Shown one piece after another: positions 37,401 to 47,580 of a stretch of DNA of 64,000 bases (position 1 is the first letter of the stretch; every line of letters begins with the position of its first letter). The position numbers and the translations under genes were made by a program. Origin of the DNA: Myxococcales bacterium (GTDB lineage: Bacteria > Myxococcota_A > UBA9042 > JABWCM01 > BTVJ01); contig BTVJ01000037.1 of assembly GCA_045863395.1 (NCBI GenBank), positions 1 to 64,000 of the forward strand, written 5' to 3'. The notes beneath the pieces were generated by a model that ran no database searches, was not told the origin of the DNA, and worked only from the letters and a program-made list of their open reading frames with translations.

Positions 37401-38618
37401 TCAGCGCGTCGGGGGCGCGTGAGGTGCGGGCTCCAGGCGCGGCTCGGGGAGCTGGGTGGCGACCAGGGCCGCGACCACGAGCAGGAGCACCGACGACACG
37501 GTGGTGTTGCTCACGAAGCCCCAGCGCCCGTAGGCGGCGCCCGCGACGGCGCTCCCGATCGCGATGCCGGCCTGGCCGAGCGACACCGTCAGGCTCATGA
37601 GGGACCCCCGGCGCTCCGACGGCACGAGCTGGGTCAGCAGCGCCTGGAGCGGGCTTATGCGCATGGCGACCAGCGCCATGGTGATCGCGAAGACCACGTG
37701 GGCGGCCAGCATGGTCGAGACTGCCCACGGGACCGCGGCGGTGAGGCACGCCAGCGCCAGCGTGGACGTGACGATGAGGGGCTTTCGCCCGAGGCGGTCG
37801 GACGCGGCCCCCGCCAGAGGGCTCGCCAGGACGTTGACGGTCCCGCCGACGAGGTACATCAGGGCGACGGCCTGGCCACCGACGTGCAGGTGGGCCTCGA
37901 TCCAGGAGGGGAGGTACGTGACGTAGACGGTGACGCTCCCGAACATGAAGAAGTACACGGCCGCCGCCGCGGCGACCTCTCGCCGCCGGAGCAGCGTGGC
38001 GTAGGACCTGAACATGGCGGCAAAGCTCAGGCGGCTCCCGTCCCGGGTCACGGGCGGCTGGGGCACCCACCCCAGGGCGAGCAGGAAGGACGCCCCCAGC
38101 GTCACCCCGAACAGCAGGAAGGGCGCCTGGAACCCCATGTGCTCCGCAAGCCAGGCGCCGGCGGGGATGCCCGCGATCTGCCCGAAGGACATGCCGCTCA
38201 TCACCCAACCGCTCGCGCGGCCCCGCTTGTGCGAGGGGAACCAGTCACCGACGTAGGACACGGCCGCACCGGAGAGCAGCCCGCCGCAGGCGCCGGCGAG
38301 GGCGCGGGCCGCCAGGAACGTCGCGTAGCTCGTCACGAGCGCGTGGGCGAACAGCGCGAGCGACATGGCGAGGGTGCCGAGCAGGAGGATGCGCCGCCGC
38401 CCGATGCGATCCGACAGGGGTCCGGCGACCAGGGACGACAGGGCCATGGGGATCGCGTAGGCGGTCATCAGGGTGCCGCCCAGCGCCTGGTCCAGGTGCA
38501 GGGCTTCACCGATGCGCGGCAGGATGGGTGCGAGGATCATGACCTGGCTGGCCGTCGAGAAGACCACGAGCCAGAGGGCGCCGAGGATCAGGAGGTCGGT
38601 GGTGCGCTCACGGGTCAC
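37401..38618 (-). CDS. MFS transporter
   Basis: GPLSDRIGRRR and SDRLGRK motif A, 12 TM pattern. Confidence 0.92.
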   Translation of the reverse strand: MTRERTTDLLILGALWLVVFSTASQVMILAPILPRIGEALHLDQALGGTLMTAYAIPMALSSLVAGPLSDRIGRRRILLLGTLAMSLALFAHALVTSYATFLAARALAGACGGLLSGAAVSYVGDWFPSHKRGRASGWVMSGMSFGQIAGIPAGAWLAEHMGFQAPFLLFGVTLGASFLLALGWVPQPPVTRDGSRLSFAAMFRSYATLLRRREVAAAAAVYFFMFGSVTVYVTYLPSWIEAHLHVGGQAVALMYLVGGTVNVLASPLAGAASDRLGRKPLIVTSTLALACLTAAVPWAVSTMLAAHVVFAITMALVAMRISPLQALLTQLVPSERRGSLMSLTVSLGQAGIAIGSAVAGAAYGRWGFVSNTTVSSVLLLVVAALVATQLPEPRLEPAPHAPPTR

Positions 38619-38769
38619 GGGTCCTCGCTGGGGGTGGGCGCGACGGCCCGCGCGGCGAGAGCCTATCACGGTGCCGCGGGCGCCGCACGGGCCGTTTCCT
38701 CGGGGGCGCGGACAGCGTATGATCCCGCGCGGTGCGAGGAATGGAGGATGGCGCGTGAGGAGAGGGTCC

Positions 38770-40041
38770 ATGAGGTGGGTCGTGTTCGTGGGTCTGGCTC
38801 TCGGCGGCTGCGCGGGGGAGGCCCGACCCGGTGCTGGGGCGGATTCGGCGGTGGAGGTCGGCGCCGGCGATGGTGGTGCGTCCCACGGCGACGCGACTCA
38901 CGGTGACGCCGAAGGAGCAGACGCTGGGATGCCCTTCGACTGGTGCGTGCCAGACGTGCCCCCGGATGACGCCTGCCACGCCGCCAAACGGGACCCGGCC
39001 TCCGAGCGAGTCGCGCTGGCCACCGAGATCGCCGCGAAGCAGATGGCGCTCCACCCGGCCGAGTCTCTCGGCTGGGACTGGGGCGAGGCCGTGCTCCTGT
39101 GGAGCTTCGTCGAGCTGCACGCCGTCACCGGAGACCCCGCGATCCAGGACTACGTCAAGGCGTACATGGACGCCCACATCGCGCACGGGTTCACGATCTC
39201 CACCAGTGATTCCTGTGCGCCTGCCGCCCTCGCTGCGGCGCTCTATCGGCAGAGCCCGGACGACTCCTACGAGGCCGTCGTCGACAAGGCCCTGACCTAC
39301 CTCTCGGAGTTGGCGCTGCGCACGGACGCTGGCGCAATCAGCCACTTCGGCACCATCCCCGTCGTCTCCGTCTGGGTGGACTCCCTGTTCATGTTCGGCA
39401 ACGTCTGGATGGCCTGGTGGGGCGCGACGGGAGACGTGGCCTCGCTCGACGCGCTGGGGGAGCAGATCCGGGTCTTCTCGGCGCTGTTGCAGGACGACGG
39501 CTTCTTTCGCCACGCCTGGGGCTGGCCCGATGAGTCTCCGACGCCCGCCTATTGGGCGCGGGGCAACGGGTGGGTGGTCGCCGCAGAGGCTCAGTATCTC
39601 CGGGCCCGGCGCATCCGTGGCGAGTCCGACGCCACCGTGGCCGAGTCTCTCGGGCGACTCCTCGCGGCGGTGGGAGACGCCCAGGGCGATGAGTCGGGGC
39701 TCTGGTGGACCCTGCTCGACCACCCCGGAGACGCCTACGAGGAGACCAGCGCCTCGGCCCTGTTCGCCTACGGGATGGCGCGGGCGTGGCGCTCCGGCCT
39801 CGCGGGAGACGAGGTGCTCCCTCGTGTCGTGCGGGCCATGGTCGGTGTCCAGTCGCGAATCACACGCGACGGGGCAGGGCTCCCGGTGGTGACCGGCATC
39901 TCCGGGCCGACCACGGCGGGATTCAACGAGCAGTACGCGAAGGTGCCGCTCGTCGACGACATCTCCTACGGGGTCGGCGCGGTGATCCTGGCGCTCGTAG
40001 AGACATCGGGATTGCCGGAATCAGGAGGAGACCATGAGTGA
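38770..40041 (+). CDS. GH88/GH105-family glycoside hydrolase lipoprotein
   Basis: LALGGC lipobox; WDWGEA, VWVDSLFM, FRHAW, WARGNGW, YEETSASALFAYG. Confidence 0.88.
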   Translation: MRWVVFVGLALGGCAGEARPGAGADSAVEVGAGDGGASHGDATHGDAEGADAGMPFDWCVPDVPPDDACHAAKRDPASERVALATEIAAKQMALHPAESLGWDWGEAVLLWSFVELHAVTGDPAIQDYVKAYMDAHIAHGFTISTSDSCAPAALAAALYRQSPDDSYEAVVDKALTYLSELALRTDAGAISHFGTIPVVSVWVDSLFMFGNVWMAWWGATGDVASLDALGEQIRVFSALLQDDGFFRHAWGWPDESPTPAYWARGNGWVVAAEAQYLRARRIRGESDATVAESLGRLLAAVGDAQGDESGLWWTLLDHPGDAYEETSASALFAYGMARAWRSGLAGDEVLPRVVRAMVGVQSRITRDGAGLPVVTGISGPTTAGFNEQYAKVPLVDDISYGVGAVILALVETSGLPESGGDHE

Positions 40042-42229
40042 GCGGCTGGTAGCGGCGACTGTTGCCCTCGTGCTGTGGTCGGGGTGCGCGTCCGACCCGG
40101 CGGACGCTGCTGCAGGAGACACCGGAGCAGACAGCTCCGCTCCGGACTCCTCCGGTGCGGGCTCGGACATCGGCGCCGTCAGCGATGTGCCCGCGACCGA
40201 CGCAGACTCGTCCGAGGCTCTGATCGACGCTGCCGCAGACTCCGCGCAAGACGTTGGAGCCGCGGATGCCGCCGCAGACACGGCGCCGGACACGGGCCCC
40301 CCGTGGAGTCCCCTCCCGCTCGTCCCCTCGGAGGCTTGGTCGAACCGCAAGGCGGAGTATCTCGCCGCGTGTCACGCCGCGAGCGGACCCGGGTCCAACG
40401 CGATCTACGGCCAGGTGTGCCGCGTGGCGCTGGGCGGCGACCTGGACGAGGCCGCCATCGGCGCGGCGATCACCAAGCTCGCGAACCGGGAGGACACCGC
40501 CGACTTTCGCCTGGCTGCCCTCGTGCGGCTCCTCTACCTCGACGACCTCCACCACACGCTCCCACAGGCGCTCCGCGAGGAGATCGAGCAGTCCCTGCTC
40601 GGGTTCAAGTACTGGCTGTCCGAGCCGGGCCAGGACAAGATGTGCTACTGGTCGGAGAATCACCAGATCCTGTTCCACTCGGGCGAGCTGCTGGCCGGCC
40701 AGCTCTTTCCCGACGAGGTCTTTCCCAACGCCGGCATGACCGGGGCGGACCACGTCGCCCACGCCACCCCGCGGGTCCTCACCTGGCTCGACCGGCGGCT
40801 CCGCTTCGGGTTCTCCGAGTGGCACTCCAACGTGTACTTCAACGAGGACATCCCGGCGCTGGTGAACCTGGTGGACTTCGCCGCCGACGAGGGGATCCGC
40901 ACCCGGGCGGCCATGGTGCTCGACACCCTGGCGCTCGACCTGCTCGGCAACACGTTCAAGGGGCACTTCGCCACCGCCCACGGCCGCACCTACGAGAGCA
41001 AGCTGGTCGGCGCCCTGAGCGACTCCACGCGGGAGGCGGCCTGGGTGATGCTCGGCCTCGGGGACGCGCCGTCGAAGACCCACTTCTCGGCGTCCTTCCT
41101 CGCCACGAGCCCAAACTACTTCACGCCCGCGCTGCTGGAGGACGTTGCTCAGGCAGCGACCGGGGCCTTCGAGCACCGCCAGCGGGACGGCATCGCGGTC
41201 GCGGACGGCCCCGCGTGGGGCATCGGCTACACGGAGCCCGACGACGTGGTCTTCTGGGCGGGCATGGCGGCGCTGGCGGCCCCGCAGGTCGTGAACGGCA
41301 CCGCCGCGCTGCTCGACACCTACGACCTGTGGCAGGGCTTCCTCTTCGGCGATCTCCCAGACTCCATCCTCGGGGTCCTGAAGACCATGAAGGGCACCCC
41401 CCAGCTCGTCGAGCTCGTCACCGAGATGGAGGCCCTCTCGCGCGGGATCGCCCTGGAGGCGATGAGCACCTACACCTGGCGCACCCCCCACTACCAGCTC
41501 TCTGGTGCGCAGGAGTACAACCCGGGCTTCTGGGGCGCGCAGACCCACGTCTGGCAGGCCACGCTCGACGGGCAGGCCTACGTGTTCACCTCCGTCCCGG
41601 GAAACCTCGGGGATCTGGCCCCGGGGGTGGAGCTCGCCACGTCCTGGGTGGGCGGCTGGATGCCGCGGGTGACCCTCCACCGCAATGTCGGAGTCATCCA
41701 GTACCGCCACGCACCGGTGGACAGCTTCGAGAAGTACCTCTCGCTGGGCTACGTCCACGCCTGGTTCCCGCGCGGGGCCTTCGACGAGGTGAGGGAGGAG
41801 CCGCCGTGGGTCTTCGGCCGCAAAGGGGACGCCTGGGTGGCGCTGGCGGCGGACCAGCCGACCCGCTGGGCGGAAGACAACGACCACGAGCTGATCGTCG
41901 ACGCGGTGGAGGTCCGGTGGGTCGTGGAGCTCGGCTCCGCGGATGACGGCACCTTCGACGAGTTCGTCGCGGCGATGATCGGATCGGGCCTCACCTTCGG
42001 CGCGGGCGTCGCCTGGGAGTCACCGGCCCTGGGCCCGGTGACCGTGGGGTGGGAGACCAGACTCCGCGTGGGCGGCGCCGACGTCGACACGGGCCCGTAC
42101 CCGCGCTTCTCCAACGTCTTCGTGGAGCGCGCCCTGGAGGATCCGGTCACGGTCATCGAGAAGGACGGGGTCCGCCTGATCCTGGATGCGGACGCCGGCA
42201 CGCGCACGCTGTGGGAGGCCCCGGAGTGA
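40034..42229 (+). CDS. Uncharacterised large lipoprotein (possible polysaccharide lyase/heparinase-like fold)
   Basis: AGGAG RBS; LWSGC lipobox; D/A-rich linker; FKYW, YWSENHQI, GFSEWHSNVY, HGRTY motifs. Confidence 0.7.
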   Translation: MSERLVAATVALVLWSGCASDPADAAAGDTGADSSAPDSSGAGSDIGAVSDVPATDADSSEALIDAAADSAQDVGAADAAADTAPDTGPPWSPLPLVPSEAWSNRKAEYLAACHAASGPGSNAIYGQVCRVALGGDLDEAAIGAAITKLANREDTADFRLAALVRLLYLDDLHHTLPQALREEIEQSLLGFKYWLSEPGQDKMCYWSENHQILFHSGELLAGQLFPDEVFPNAGMTGADHVAHATPRVLTWLDRRLRFGFSEWHSNVYFNEDIPALVNLVDFAADEGIRTRAAMVLDTLALDLLGNTFKGHFATAHGRTYESKLVGALSDSTREAAWVMLGLGDAPSKTHFSASFLATSPNYFTPALLEDVAQAATGAFEHRQRDGIAVADGPAWGIGYTEPDDVVFWAGMAALAAPQVVNGTAALLDTYDLWQGFLFGDLPDSILGVLKTMKGTPQLVELVTEMEALSRGIALEAMSTYTWRTPHYQLSGAQEYNPGFWGAQTHVWQATLDGQAYVFTSVPGNLGDLAPGVELATSWVGGWMPRVTLHRNVGVIQYRHAPVDSFEKYLSLGYVHAWFPRGAFDEVREEPPWVFGRKGDAWVALAADQPTRWAEDNDHELIVDAVEVRWVVELGSADDGTFDEFVAAMIGSGLTFGAGVAWESPALGPVTVGWETRLRVGGADVDTGPYPRFSNVFVERALEDPVTVIEKDGVRLILDADAGTRTLWEAPE

Positions 42230-42465
42230 CCTGGGCGCGCTGCCGGGAGCACCGGACCGGTCCCCCTGGGGCCGCGCGTCTCCGTCGTACCGCTCCCACT
42301 CGCCCTCGACGCGGAGGTTGAATCAGCCAGGGGGGCCCGCACGGCGCCGAGCAGCAGGGTAGGGCGCTCGTGACTCCGCGGGGACGGTTGCGCTCTGGCC
42401 GCCCGCGGGGTTGCGAAGCGTCCCGCGCCCGTGCGAGCATGGTCGTCGCTGACAGTGGGAGCATC

Positions 42466-45400
42466 ATGGTCTTCGTGAGACGCCGCAGAGATCGACCCGA
42501 GCCACGGTCCGAGTCACGCCGGGCGTCGCGAGCCGGCCACGGCTCCAGTCACGCCCCCGGCGCGGCCCTCCGGCAGGCCGAGGCGGCCGCTCTCGTCGAC
42601 CGGCTCGTGCGGCCGATCACGGACACGGCGCACCTCGACGCGGAGCACATCGCTCACCTCATCGCCGGCTGGGTGCGCGCCGGCGCCATCACCCGCGAGT
42701 CGCTCCCCGCCTTGCTCGAGGTGATGCGGCAGGGCAGCACGCCCGAAGCCGCCAGCCTCGCCGGCGCGGTGGAGCGCCACCTGGCGGGCACGGACGCGGC
42801 CCCACCTGCTCCACAGGCCGCGGCGCGGCAAGCCTCGGCCGCCCGTCTGGTCCGCGCCATGGGGCCGCTCCTCGGGCTCACCCCCTCGGCCATCGACATC
42901 CGAACGGACCGGGACGCGAGCGCCCTGACCGCCGCCCGGGGCGCGCGCGCCCTGCAGACCGGCGCCGTGATCCACCTGCACTCCTCGGTGGACCCGGGCA
43001 CCGCCGCCGGCCGCGACACGGTGGCCCACGAGCTGATCCATGCGGCCCAGCGCGCCGCTCCGCCAGGCGCGTCGGAGCCGGCCCCGTCCCTGGCGGCGGC
43101 AGAGCGCCAGGCGCGCGCGATGGCTCCCGCCCTGGCAAAGGGAGGCGCGCCGTCGGTCGCCCTCGAGCCGCTGCCCGTGACCGCGCTCGCGGCGGACGAC
43201 GACCAGGAGCCGGCCCAGGAGCGCGCCTCGCAGGGCGTCACCTTGCCCCGGGGGACGGACTGGGACGTGGTCGGGGCGCGCGTCGTCGTGCGGACGAGCT
43301 GGCTGATCAGCCAGGTCCAGGCCGAGCCCGGGGCGTCTCCGCCCACCGCCGACGAGATCGCCGCGCCTGCCACCCTCGCCCTGTTCCTGCAGCGGCTCAA
43401 GGAGCGCGGCGTCCTCGGGTGGCTGACCGCGGACCAGGTCTCGCTGCTGTCCCGCGAGCTCTTCATCCCGGGCCCCATCGAGCGCGACGTGATCATCGCC
43501 TACGCGCTGCCCATGGCCGTCTACGAGCGCGTCGGCCTGCCACCTGGCGTCCCGTTCCAGTGGCACTTCGCCGGCGGGGGCGCCCGGTGCATCCTGAGCG
43601 CCGACCGCTTGATCCCGCCCGGCGCCTCGCCGGACAGCCACCCGCGCATCTCGCCCCAGCTCCAGGAGCAGATCTTCGACCGCCTGGAGCTGGCCACGGG
43701 GTACGTGCTGCGCGACGAGGCGTGGGCGTTCATCCGAGGGCGCGGCGCGCTGGAGCTGGGCTCGACGACGGTGGGCAGGCTCGGGCCGGCCTTCACGCTC
43801 ATCTACTCCCGCGAGGACATGGAGCTGCTCTTCGGCGCGGACATCTGGGAGAGCGTGCAGGAGGAGGTCGCTAGCGGCGACGTGACCGACACGCCGCGCC
43901 CACCGGGCGGCCTCACGCTGGATCCGGCGCTGACGGACGAGGATCGGGAGCTGGTGCAGCGCTTCCTCGCGGAGCTCACCCGCGGGAGCGAGGGGGGCGC
44001 GGGCGAGCGGACCACGACGATCACGCCCCACCTGGTCGCGGTCTGGCGACGGATCGACGCGCACCCGCAGAAGGAGCAGATCCTCGCCGAGCTGCGCCGG
44101 GGCGGCGGGGCGGACGGCGCGCCACTGTCCGCGCTGCGCTTCCTCAACGCCATCAACCAGGTGGAGCTCGCGGCCACGTACCGTGAGCTCGGCATGGACC
44201 CGCCGGAGGCCGACCCGGACAGCGACTGGCGGCCCATCCTCGAGGAGCCGGTCCGCGGGACGATCATCAACCGCTCCGACCTGCTCTACGCCGGCAAGGA
44301 GGGGCACTTCGTCTTCGAGACGGAGAACCGGGCCGACGCCTTCCGCGTGCCGCGGACCCGCGTGCGCTGGGTGGTCACCCCCAAGGACCGGCCGGCGGAG
44401 CACATCGAGGAGGGGCGCACCTACCACTGCGACCTGGACCCGCCCGACGTGTTCGAGGCCGACTTCGAGCACACGGGCACCTACACGGTCCATGCCTTCG
44501 TCAACCACAACTTCTACCTGCCGGCGCACTTCTCCATCGACGTGGAGGTGACGACCCAGGTGGAGCGCCTGCGCCAGGTGGAGGACACGGCCTTTGCCGG
44601 CTTCGGGCACGACACGTCCAGCGCCGCCCATGAGTTCGAGACGGCGCTCCTCGACGAGGTCGGCGCGGACCGGTTCCAGCACGGGCTCCTCACGCGGGGC
44701 ACCCTGCCGGACGGCTACGAGCGCCCCGACTTCGACCGGCGCATCGCCCTGCTCACGTCCCAGCGGGCCCGCCTGGAGGGCTTCATCGAGGAGCACGCGG
44801 GCAGCGCGAGCCCCCGGGATCAGGACATGGTCCGCTACGCCCGCGACGCCATCGAGGCCATCGACGCGGTGCTGACGGACGTCCGGGGCGAGCGCGCGCG
44901 CGGCGCCACCTTCTTCGAGGTGCGCGCGGCCTACGTGCCGGACCGCCCGGGCCTGCGCTCCGGGCCCCTGTCCCTGATCGCGTCGGCTCGCCGGGCCGAC
45001 GGCGAGATCGCGATCACCATCCACGACACGTCCCAGGTCTACGAGCCCGAGAACTTCACCTTCTCCGACACGGGCGCCACCTTCGCGGCCGCGTTGGAGG
45101 AGGTGTTCATCGACCTGTGCAAGGCCTACCCGTCCGGGCGCATGTCGCTGCGCGCCGAGGTCCTCGACGCCACCCTGAGCCCGACGACCGACACGCTCGG
45201 CTTCGAGCTGGACTGCGGCAGCTCGTGGGAGAGCATCCGCACGACGGTCTGGGACCCGGCGGTGGAGATCGCCATCAACATCGTCGGCGTCGCTGCCATG
45301 GTGTTCTTCCCGGCGAGCGCCACGGTCGTCTTCCCGCTGCTCGTGGCCTACAACGCCACCGACACCATCGCGCGCCTGGCCGAGGAGGGGGAGCGCGGCA

Positions 45401-47580
45401 CGCTGACCGCCGGGGACGTGGTGTGCGGCGTGGCGATGATCGGCATGGACCTGCTGCCGTACATCGGCCGGGCCAGGCCCTTCCTTCAGGCGGGCAACCG
45501 GGCCTTCTACGTCATCGAGGGCGTCCAGATCATGGGTCAGTCCGTGATCATGACGGCCCAGGCGCTCGATCAGATCGAGCACCTGCGCAACGGCCAGATC
45601 CGCGAGATCGCGGAGCTGCAGGAGCAGATCCGGCTCCTGGAGCACACGAACCCGTCCGATCCGCGGCTCCCGGGAATGCGCCGCGACCTGCAGCGCCGCG
45701 TGGACGAGGCCCGGGCGACCGGCGAGCGCGTGTTCGGTGAGCTGGCGTCCATGCAGGCGATCATCCTGGTCGGCGGGGCCGCGTTCCAGCAGATCGGGCA
45801 GCACGGCATGCGCACCCGCGTCTCCGAGCTCGGTGACGCCGGGATCCTGCACGACGTGCCCGGGTCCACGCCGCACTACGACCCGCAGACCGGGCGCATC
45901 GTGGCGGACGCATCGACGCTGTCGCGCGCCGAGCTGGACGTGCTCGTCGAGGCGCGCTCCACGGACATCGCGCGGCGCCAGCGGGCGGTCGCGGAGGTCC
46001 TGGGCGACGAGCGCGTGCGCCTCGAGCCCGCGGCGGGCGCCACGGAGACGCGGGTCCGCCGCTCCGGGGAGGAGGTCGTCGTCGAGGTGCCGGCCGACCG
46101 TCCGCTGGACGCCGTCCTCGACGACGTGTGGGCGTGGCGGGCGCAGCAGGAGGGCCGCCCGGGCACCGTGCGGCCCCACGGGGAGGCGCCTGCCACCGAC
46201 CGGACCGGGTCCCCGGTGTACGGCGCCGCGGACGTGGCGGCGCAGCCCCACGTGGCCGTGGGCAACCGCGTGGCGACGGAGACAGAGGCCCGCGCCGTGG
46301 TCGAGGCGCTCATGCGGGGGGACCGGGCGGCCCTGGCGGCGCTGGGGGTGGACGCGCTGCCGCCCCGCTTCGACCCGACGGCTACCGAGTGGGGCATCGG
46401 CCAGCTCGCGGATGGGCAGTTCATCGTGATCCGCGGAGACGGGGGCGCCGTGGACTGGGGGCACTTCCCCGGGGTGCGCCCCGTGTCCCACAGCCACCCC
46501 GCCGCGCCGTCGAAGGTGCTGCGCGGCGCCGACGGCGAGCCGGGGGCGCTGCGCTTCGAGGAGCTGCTCACCGCGTCCACCGCGCAGGCGTCCGCCAACC
46601 GGGTCAACGTGTTCCCGTCGGCCGCGGACGTGGCCTTCTGCGCGCGCTTCGGCGTCAACGGGCACGTGGTCCAGACGCCGTATCTGCACCTGGGCGGTGG
46701 GCGCATCGGCAACCCGGGCGACGCGGCCGGCCCGCGCGTCGAGTTCGTCATCGGGCGCCCCATGCGCGTCGGCACGATGGAGGGCTCGACCATCCCCATC
46801 TACCGCACGGAGATGACCGCCCGCGCCGGGGGAGAGGTCCTGTGGCGCGGCGACGTGTGGGCGATGGATCACCCGGCCATCGGCAGCATGCTCGACTTTG
46901 CGGCCCCGCCGTACCTGCGCGCGGCCTCCGACACGCCCGGGAGCGGCCGGACGCAGACCCGGGCGGGGCGGGAGCCCGCCGGGAGGGACTCCGAGCCCAT
47001 CGCCGACCGGGAGCCTGCCGCGGCGCGGGACCCCGATGCCGGAGCGGTCCACGGTGAGGTGGAGGTGCCGCTGCTCGCGTCGGACGTGCCGCCGCCGACG
47101 CGCCGCCAGCTCCGGGAGCTGCGCCGCCGCCACCCGCGGGGCACGAGCGAGAGCGAGCTGCGGGCCCTGTGGCTCATCGAGCACCAGGTCGCCACCCGGA
47201 GCGTCGTGTCCGGCGAGCGCGCGTGCGCCGCGCTGCTCGGCGTGCGGCGCGGGGCGCCCATGGTCGACCTGGTGCGCGTGCAGCGCAGCGGCCGGCTCGT
47301 GCCCATCGAGGTGAAGAACCAGACCGAGGCGCACCTGTCCGGCCAGGGGAACGCCGCCTTCCGCAAGTTCGAGAGCATCGCAGGGGGCTCGGAGATCGCC
47401 CGGGTGTCCCACTTCGAGGTGCTCATGCACACAGACTCGCGCCTGCCGCCCAACTTCCGCGTCACTGCGGGTGGGGTGTTGGAGCAGCTCGTCAGCGGGA
47501 CCTCCCGCTGGGAGCGCGTGCTCTTCGGCGCCAAGGAGGTCCGCGTGCGGCGCGGGGATCTCGGGGAGATCTCGCGATAG
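42466..47580 (+). CDS. ~1700-aa DUF4157 (eCIS-associated) polymorphic toxin-like protein with JAB-like and C-terminal PD-(D/E)XK-like domains
   Basis: GARALQTGAVIHL...GRDTVAHELIHAAQ; Ig/PKD-like segment; hydrophobic hairpin; EWG..SHSHP..FPSAAD; MVDLV..PIEVKN; start could be 42439. Confidence 0.8.
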   Translation: MVFVRRRRDRPEPRSESRRASRAGHGSSHAPGAALRQAEAAALVDRLVRPITDTAHLDAEHIAHLIAGWVRAGAITRESLPALLEVMRQGSTPEAASLAGAVERHLAGTDAAPPAPQAAARQASAARLVRAMGPLLGLTPSAIDIRTDRDASALTAARGARALQTGAVIHLHSSVDPGTAAGRDTVAHELIHAAQRAAPPGASEPAPSLAAAERQARAMAPALAKGGAPSVALEPLPVTALAADDDQEPAQERASQGVTLPRGTDWDVVGARVVVRTSWLISQVQAEPGASPPTADEIAAPATLALFLQRLKERGVLGWLTADQVSLLSRELFIPGPIERDVIIAYALPMAVYERVGLPPGVPFQWHFAGGGARCILSADRLIPPGASPDSHPRISPQLQEQIFDRLELATGYVLRDEAWAFIRGRGALELGSTTVGRLGPAFTLIYSREDMELLFGADIWESVQEEVASGDVTDTPRPPGGLTLDPALTDEDRELVQRFLAELTRGSEGGAGERTTTITPHLVAVWRRIDAHPQKEQILAELRRGGGADGAPLSALRFLNAINQVELAATYRELGMDPPEADPDSDWRPILEEPVRGTIINRSDLLYAGKEGHFVFETENRADAFRVPRTRVRWVVTPKDRPAEHIEEGRTYHCDLDPPDVFEADFEHTGTYTVHAFVNHNFYLPAHFSIDVEVTTQVERLRQVEDTAFAGFGHDTSSAAHEFETALLDEVGADRFQHGLLTRGTLPDGYERPDFDRRIALLTSQRARLEGFIEEHAGSASPRDQDMVRYARDAIEAIDAVLTDVRGERARGATFFEVRAAYVPDRPGLRSGPLSLIASARRADGEIAITIHDTSQVYEPENFTFSDTGATFAAALEEVFIDLCKAYPSGRMSLRAEVLDATLSPTTDTLGFELDCGSSWESIRTTVWDPAVEIAINIVGVAAMVFFPASATVVFPLLVAYNATDTIARLAEEGERGTLTAGDVVCGVAMIGMDLLPYIGRARPFLQAGNRAFYVIEGVQIMGQSVIMTAQALDQIEHLRNGQIREIAELQEQIRLLEHTNPSDPRLPGMRRDLQRRVDEARATGERVFGELASMQAIILVGGAAFQQIGQHGMRTRVSELGDAGILHDVPGSTPHYDPQTGRIVADASTLSRAELDVLVEARSTDIARRQRAVAEVLGDERVRLEPAAGATETRVRRSGEEVVVEVPADRPLDAVLDDVWAWRAQQEGRPGTVRPHGEAPATDRTGSPVYGAADVAAQPHVAVGNRVATETEARAVVEALMRGDRAALAALGVDALPPRFDPTATEWGIGQLADGQFIVIRGDGGAVDWGHFPGVRPVSHSHPAAPSKVLRGADGEPGALRFEELLTASTAQASANRVNVFPSAADVAFCARFGVNGHVVQTPYLHLGGGRIGNPGDAAGPRVEFVIGRPMRVGTMEGSTIPIYRTEMTARAGGEVLWRGDVWAMDHPAIGSMLDFAAPPYLRAASDTPGSGRTQTRAGREPAGRDSEPIADREPAAARDPDAGAVHGEVEVPLLASDVPPPTRRQLRELRRRHPRGTSESELRALWLIEHQVATRSVVSGERACAALLGVRRGAPMVDLVRVQRSGRLVPIEVKNQTEAHLSGQGNAAFRKFESIAGGSEIARVSHFEVLMHTDSRLPPNFRVTAGGVLEQLVSGTSRWERVLFGAKEVRVRRGDLGEISR

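Noticed and set aside
43021..43050. HELIH as evidence of a secreted metalloprotease
   Set aside because: HExxH sits in DUF4157 context; protease activity cannot be inferred from it
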